Origin: an uncultured virus (IMG/VR IMGVR_UViG_3300020460_001009)
Taxonomy: Duplodnaviria > Heunggongvirae > Uroviricota > Caudoviricetes
Length of the DNA stretch: 64,000 nt
Strand: one strand, 5' to 3'
IMG/VR virus record: IMGVR_UViG_3300020460_001009
The notes beneath the pieces were generated by a model, which saw only the letters and a program-made list of their open reading frames with translations, had not been told where the DNA came from and did no database searches. Positions 58,756 through 64,000 of the stretch are shown in pieces. The position numbers were made by a program, and so were the translations under genes. Each line of letters starts with the position of its first letter. Position 1 is the first letter of the stretch.

Positions 58756-59319
58756 TCATTCTCCGAATTCATATTTTTTTATTTGAATATCCCGTCTACA
58801 TACACGGGCAACCAGTTCTTTAACTTCATCATTATAATACTCAGTATAATGTTTATGGTTTGTAGCATTTTTGTGTGGAAGTTTTTGTCGTTGAATTTTA
58901 ATTTTGTCGCAAATGGTATCAAAGTCTGCTTGAAGATTTTCAAATCTTCCGATGAAATCAAGAAGGTTTTTATTATTTCTATCGTATATCCAATTAAACT
59001 GATGTAGTACATAAGGTAGAGTTTTGTTTATTCGTCCAGGATTAATATTATGCTCTCCTTCAATGTATGCCAACCGAGATATTAATCTGTCGTAAGGATT
59101 TCTTACAAAAGCAAATTTAAAATACTCATTCCAATTCCACCCCATTTTATTAAAATAATTTTTTGTTTCACTTGCAGTCGGATGATTTCTTCTACCAGGT
59201 TTGAGTATGTTAAGAGGATCTATATCTTCCGTGACTTTATCCAAAGTTTGGTTAATACTTTTCGTACCCGTTTTTGGAATTGCGATAAATACAAACTTAT
59301 GTTTATGTGATATTCTCAC
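58756..59319 (-). CDS. sulfotransferase (Sulfotransfer_2 family)
   Basis: IPKTGTKSI, FVRNPYDRLIS, DFIGRFENL. Confidence 0.85.
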   Translation of the reverse strand: MRISHKHKFVFIAIPKTGTKSINQTLDKVTEDIDPLNILKPGRRNHPTASETKNYFNKMGWNWNEYFKFAFVRNPYDRLISRLAYIEGEHNINPGRINKTLPYVLHQFNWIYDRNNKNLLDFIGRFENLQADFDTICDKIKIQRQKLPHKNATNHKHYTEYYNDEVKELVARVCRRDIQIKKYEFGE

Positions 59320-60659
59320 TTAGATACTTTCCACTCATCGATTTCATATCCCAAAAACTCAAACAATCTTTCGTTGTATGGTGCATATATCGCAGAAAGT
59401 CTTTCTTTGCAATATTCACCAATTGGTTCATCATATTTTCTACGATGACTATAACCATACACAAGTTGTTTCGGTTTCACATCCAAAAAACTAAAAATTT
59501 CATCATAGATTTCTTCAGGATTCACATACATTTTTTCCTGAATGACGATGTGTATCTGGTTCCTATTATAATATTTCAACAAATACTTCAATTTATCAAC
59601 ATAAAACCCCATACCAACCATGCCCTTAACAAATCCAAGAGATTCTTCCGCACTTATATTTTCATCAAATGACTCACCTGGACGCAACCACCCCGTGTGC
59701 TTTCGTGACTTACTTAAATTCTGCATATAGTGATTGTATGCTGAGTATGCTCTGTCAACTGGATTGCGAATGCTTACAATAAATTTTACATCTGGTATCA
59801 CGTCTTTCATCCGTTCAACATACTTCTCTTCCCGGTCCAAGTAATTGGGACTAGCATCTCCCCATAAATTTCCATCATTTTTAAAATGACCCGCATACCA
59901 TCCGTTACCACGATTATATGTTTCAGTATTACTAAAGAAATTTATTTCTTTTTTACCTACCATAGAAAGTTGAGGATGTTTATTTAAATTCGTCCACAGT
60001 GCAGTCGTACCACACTTTTGAAATCCGGGTATAATGAAATCAGGAAGTTTATGTGGTGCATCCGAAGTAGTTGGTTTCTTGTTCGGTGGTTTGGAATGTT
60101 GTATTCGTTCAAACCTATAACCAAACCGTTTAATGTCATCTGTGCAAGTTTCCGAAACTTTATTTACAAGATGTTCACTTTCATAATACTCGGAATAATG
60201 TTTAGTTCGTATAGTTTTAAAAATCTTCAATCGTTTTTTTGGAATTCCTATTTTATTACACACAAAATCAAAATCATTTTGCAAATTCTCATATCTACAA
60301 ACCAAATCAACGAGTTGCTCACCACCCGAGTCCACCCACCAATGTTGCTGATTCACATACGGCAACTTATACTCAACCCGTTCATCAAATTCGTCACTTG
60401 GTTGCAACTCAAAATGTCTATACACCACCCGTTCCCACGGGTTCCTGACTACTACGAATTTAAAATAATCGTTCCAGTTCCACGATTGTGTTTTAAAATA
60501 ACTTTTTAATTTAACTGGAGTGGTGTGATAATAAAACGGTGATGTGCGGTCATGATTGCCAAGTACATCCGAATGTCCAGATAGTGCGGCCACCAATTGA
60601 TCACATCCTGTAAATGGAGTATTAATAAAAACAAACTTGTGCGTGTGTGATATTAACAT
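59316..60659 (-). CDS. double sulfotransferase (degenerate Sulfotransfer_2 + Sulfotransfer_1)
   Basis: N-domain TPFTG, VRNPWER; C-domain LPDFIIPGFQKCGTT, KEINFF, DASPNY, RNPVDRAYS. Confidence 0.85.
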   Translation of the reverse strand: MLISHTHKFVFINTPFTGCDQLVAALSGHSDVLGNHDRTSPFYYHTTPVKLKSYFKTQSWNWNDYFKFVVVRNPWERVVYRHFELQPSDEFDERVEYKLPYVNQQHWWVDSGGEQLVDLVCRYENLQNDFDFVCNKIGIPKKRLKIFKTIRTKHYSEYYESEHLVNKVSETCTDDIKRFGYRFERIQHSKPPNKKPTTSDAPHKLPDFIIPGFQKCGTTALWTNLNKHPQLSMVGKKEINFFSNTETYNRGNGWYAGHFKNDGNLWGDASPNYLDREEKYVERMKDVIPDVKFIVSIRNPVDRAYSAYNHYMQNLSKSRKHTGWLRPGESFDENISAEESLGFVKGMVGMGFYVDKLKYLLKYYNRNQIHIVIQEKMYVNPEEIYDEIFSFLDVKPKQLVYGYSHRRKYDEPIGEYCKERLSAIYAPYNERLFEFLGYEIDEWKVSK

Positions 60660-60662
60660 TCC

Positions 60663-61277
60663 TCATTCTCCAAATTCATAACCAAAATACTCAATGTCCT
60701 TGGCATATTTTTCCGCAACGATTTCCCTCGTTTCATCATCGTAGTATTCGGTATAGTGTTTATGATTAGTTTTGTTTTTGTGTGGAAGTTCTTGATGTGG
60801 AATTCCGATTTTGTCGCAGATTGTATTAAAGTCTTCTTGGAAATTTTCAATTTTACCGATGAAATCTGTTACAAGTTTTTCATTGAAATCACATAACCAA
60901 TTATATTGCAAAGCATTGGTATTTCGGTTGGAAATTGTATCAACTTTCCATTTCTTGACATTATGTTTAATAAATTGTTTAACATCAATTGACATATAGT
61001 TGCCGGCGGTCCTTCGTCTATAATAAAATACCGAAACAAGTTTATCCCACGGATTTCTTACGAATGAAAACTTGAAGTAATCTTTAGTTTTATCGTTTAT
61101 CATCTGCCTCATATTTTGATGCTTTGTTTGATTTAATGTCTTGTATAATTTGTTAACCCCTACATCGGTGTGATCTTCCGAAAATTTATCACAATATTTC
61201 ACAAGCATCGTGTCAATGGTAGTCCCCCCACACTTATTAATGTGACTAAACAAGAATTTATGTTTATGACTAATCAT
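60663..61277 (-). CDS. sulfotransferase (Sulfotransfer_2 family)
   Basis: HINKCGGTTI, FVRNPWDKLVS. Confidence 0.85.
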   Translation of the reverse strand: MISHKHKFLFSHINKCGGTTIDTMLVKYCDKFSEDHTDVGVNKLYKTLNQTKHQNMRQMINDKTKDYFKFSFVRNPWDKLVSVFYYRRRTAGNYMSIDVKQFIKHNVKKWKVDTISNRNTNALQYNWLCDFNEKLVTDFIGKIENFQEDFNTICDKIGIPHQELPHKNKTNHKHYTEYYDDETREIVAEKYAKDIEYFGYEFGE

Positions 61278-61903
61278 TCTCCAAATTCATAATTAAAATA
61301 CTCAATGTCCTTTGCGTATTTTTCCGCAACGATTTGCTTTGTTTCATCGTCGTAATATTCGGTATAGTGTTTGTGTTTACTTTTGTTTTTATGTGGAAGT
61401 TGTTGTCGTGGGATTCCAATTTTGTCGCAGATGGTGTTAAAGTCTTGTTGTAGGTTTTCACATCTTCCGATGAAATCAACAATTTGTTTTCCATTTGCAT
61501 CAGTTAGATAAGATAACTGAAGGTTTGTTGACATAGTTTTATGAATACCCACTTCGTTTTTCCCCAAAATATAATCCTCAAATGTAGATTTTTTCCACTT
61601 CACATACTTCTCGGGTTTCTCATCCTTCCATTTTTTGGTTACATTAAGTTTATAAAAAAAATTAGAAACTAATTTAGCCCACGGATTTCGGACAAATGCA
61701 AAACTAAAATACTCGTTCCAATTCCAATTTTTTTCATTAAAATGTTTTTTCAGATCAAATGCAGTTGTATGCCAGTAATATGGAGATGTATTATCCCCCA
61801 CACTTTTTATGTCAGAATACTCGTCCAAGCAATTTCTTATAGTAGTACTTCCGGTCTTTGGGGTCGCAATAAATACGAATTTATGTTTGTGTGATATTCT
61901 CAT
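61274..61903 (-). CDS. sulfotransferase (Sulfotransfer_2 family)
   Basis: TPKTGSTTI, FVRNPWAKLVS. Confidence 0.85.
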   Translation of the reverse strand: MRISHKHKFVFIATPKTGSTTIRNCLDEYSDIKSVGDNTSPYYWHTTAFDLKKHFNEKNWNWNEYFSFAFVRNPWAKLVSNFFYKLNVTKKWKDEKPEKYVKWKKSTFEDYILGKNEVGIHKTMSTNLQLSYLTDANGKQIVDFIGRCENLQQDFNTICDKIGIPRQQLPHKNKSKHKHYTEYYDDETKQIVAEKYAKDIEYFNYEFGE

Positions 61904-61906
61904 TTT

Positions 61907-62536
61907 TTATTCCCCAAACTCATATCCGAATGTTTCAATATCCTTTGCATACTTCTTAGCAACAAGTTCACGTGTTTCGTCATCGTAGTAATCTGTGTAG
62001 TGCGTGTGTTTTGTTTTATTAAGATGAGGTAATTTTATATGCGGAACTCCAAGTGTCTTGCACATATCGTCAAATCCTTGTTTTAAATTTTCAAATCTAA
62101 TGATATTTTCCACAACAATTTCATTGTTCAAAGTTATCCAATCATAGCATGGAAGTTTCCACCTTTCTCGGTTATCAAATGTAGATTTAACATCTTCGGT
62201 AAAAGATATGGACAGATCAATTAAGTTATGTTTTCTGCAATAAAAGTAATCAGATACAACACGTTCATACGGATTTCTGACAACAGTAAAAGTAAGATAA
62301 TCGTCCCAATAATTTTTTATATTCTCCAATTTCTCGTAATTCTGATGTGTGATTCTCCGGCCGTTTAACCAACCATCCCAAACATCATATTGTGCATCTG
62401 CTCGTAGTGATGCTTCGTTTGAGAACAACAAACTTGCAGACATATGAACCTGTAGCATATTCAGTGCCTTTACGATGCTACTTCCACCGGTTTTGTTAAT
62501 ATGAACAAATATACATTTCAAATCATGTCGTATCAT
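61907..62536 (-). CDS. sulfotransferase (Sulfotransfer_2 family)
   Basis: HINKTGGSSI, VVRNPYERVVS. Confidence 0.85.
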   Translation of the reverse strand: MIRHDLKCIFVHINKTGGSSIVKALNMLQVHMSASLLFSNEASLRADAQYDVWDGWLNGRRITHQNYEKLENIKNYWDDYLTFTVVRNPYERVVSDYFYCRKHNLIDLSISFTEDVKSTFDNRERWKLPCYDWITLNNEIVVENIIRFENLKQGFDDMCKTLGVPHIKLPHLNKTKHTHYTDYYDDETRELVAKKYAKDIETFGYEFGE

Positions 62537-63792
62537 ATAATATTCTCCTTGACTCCATCTTTAAATAATAAACCACGGTCGGTTACAATCAACCTTTCAA
62601 ATTCAGTATATGTTTTTTTCAACTCAGATATATGTACTGGTACATTGTGTGTCGTTTGCATCAGATTATATATCTCACCATACTTACCAGAATTTACCAT
62701 TTCATAATACAATAGATCAGACATCTTTTTCAAAATCCACAATTCGTGGTTAAGCATATGAAATTTTGACCTATATTGATTATAGTCAAAATACTTCACC
62801 TCCGCAATTGTATGATCAGTTATCCACGGACATTCACTTGGAACTCCATCCGCATTTCTTGGCCAACACTGAATCATCTTAGTGTCGGTGAGCTCGCACA
62901 ATCTCCTGGCAATCCTAAAAGACTCCAATTGATCATCCAGATTTCCAAATGAACAGATCATCATCACCTGACTCGTTGCAGTCAAGTTTTGCATAAATCG
63001 GTCAACTCCAATACCCGCAAATCCACCCCTGTCGTCCAAATGTTCACATAATACCGAGGACTCCACACAAACCCTAAGTCCAAATTCTCGGATTTTTTGA
63101 CACAAATATCCATCCGGACCCAAAATAGTCGACTCTTTGATTATCGTCTCAAGTGGCAAACATTTGTAAACTATATCCCGCTTCCACATAGTTATTCCAG
63201 TTCCTACAAATCCAGAGTCAACCACACCACGACCCCAATAATCATCTATCATTGCAGGATGCCAATGATCTTCACGAATGGATGCCACCACGGTTCGTTT
63301 CAGTTCCTCTGTGGTTCTCCACGGATTTTCCGTATTCCACCCCATGTGGTTAAAATATAATCCTGCGGCCGCACCAACGTCCTGTTGCATGATTACCGAT
63401 AGTAATTTTTTAAACGCATCGGGTGGAGGAATAGTATCATCATCCAATGTATATACTATATCAGACTTACACAAAGAAAATCCCAGTGTAAATGACTCGC
63501 CGGTGCTCCTGTGCTTGCCGACGCATACGTCACTTTCTCTCCAATCCCGGCCGGGAGGTGGAACAAACTTTCCAGGACCATCTACATTTACAATATTCTT
63601 AAACTTCTCAACAAGTTTCCGTGATTCAATGCCAGACTTGAGTAATTCGGCATATTCAGGATCACCAGAATTATCTATAATTATCCATGTTGCATCACAA
63701 TGCAAGTGAAATGGAATGGTTGCAATATAATCCAACCATGCCGACAAACACTTCCGTTTTCCACATAAGATTGTTAATAAATCCATCTCCAT
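62533..63792 (-). CDS. glycosyltransferase family 2-like
   Basis: IIDNS, TLDDDTIPP, GFVGTG, GPDG..C, CEH; TATTTAT motif just upstream. Confidence 0.7.
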   Translation of the reverse strand: MEMDLLTILCGKRKCLSAWLDYIATIPFHLHCDATWIIIDNSGDPEYAELLKSGIESRKLVEKFKNIVNVDGPGKFVPPPGRDWRESDVCVGKHRSTGESFTLGFSLCKSDIVYTLDDDTIPPPDAFKKLLSVIMQQDVGAAAGLYFNHMGWNTENPWRTTEELKRTVVASIREDHWHPAMIDDYWGRGVVDSGFVGTGITMWKRDIVYKCLPLETIIKESTILGPDGYLCQKIREFGLRVCVESSVLCEHLDDRGGFAGIGVDRFMQNLTATSQVMMICSFGNLDDQLESFRIARRLCELTDTKMIQCWPRNADGVPSECPWITDHTIAEVKYFDYNQYRSKFHMLNHELWILKKMSDLLYYEMVNSGKYGEIYNLMQTTHNVPVHISELKKTYTEFERLIVTDRGLLFKDGVKENII

Positions 63793-63943
63793 TTTTATAA
63801 ATATCAAACACCACAAATATTATACCCACAAACATCAACCACAATGTAATTTGAAAAGTTTTTATTGTACAACAAAATTCACTCATTCAATTTCGCATCC
63901 AATAAAGTCACTTGATTACCAAAAAGACAAATTATTATGATAC

Positions 63944-64000
63944 TTACCAACCATAGAAATCATATGTCCACTTGATCGTTTCCTGCAACTTTCCTTCAAA
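63944..64000 (-). CDS. partial CDS, possibly the C-terminus of an NAD-dependent epimerase
   Basis: ...FEGKLQETIKWTYDFYGW*; only 18 aa visible. Confidence 0.3.
   Translation of the reverse strand, partial: FEGKLQETIKWTYDFYGW

Overview
This looks like a 64 kb segment of a large (jumbo-type) bacteriophage genome, with essentially all genes on the minus strand. That call rests on sigma70-type promoters, ATGA gene overlaps, a CCA-ending tRNA and many small orphan genes; no capsid or terminase gene lies in the window. Left part (1-20.5 kb): an early-type region driven by repeated TTGACT-N17 promoters. It holds an SF2 helicase-nuclease, a tandem array of 15 diverged paralogues sharing YP..N / DPWxR / TTIEG motifs, an AT-hook protein, UvsE, a rhomboid, MYG1 and tRNA-Ile2. 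Right part (20.5-64 kb): GalE, a full PAPS pathway (cysD, cysN, cysC), MetK, a QueF-like protein, a LOG protein, about 11 glycosyltransferase-like genes and 10 sulfotransferase genes. These are interleaved with large Cys-rich, probably virion-surface proteins. The most striking signal is that four otherwise unrelated large proteins all end in the same tail, DPH(I/V)CTFFG(D/E)xYEM-stop. This resembles only the first strand of a vWD domain with its Asp-Pro autocleavage site. Three of the four share a ~48 bp upstream element, and a nearby 142 aa ORF is a candidate 'headless' vWD partner, suggesting a split-domain docking system. All product calls come from motif recognition by eye; no searches were run.
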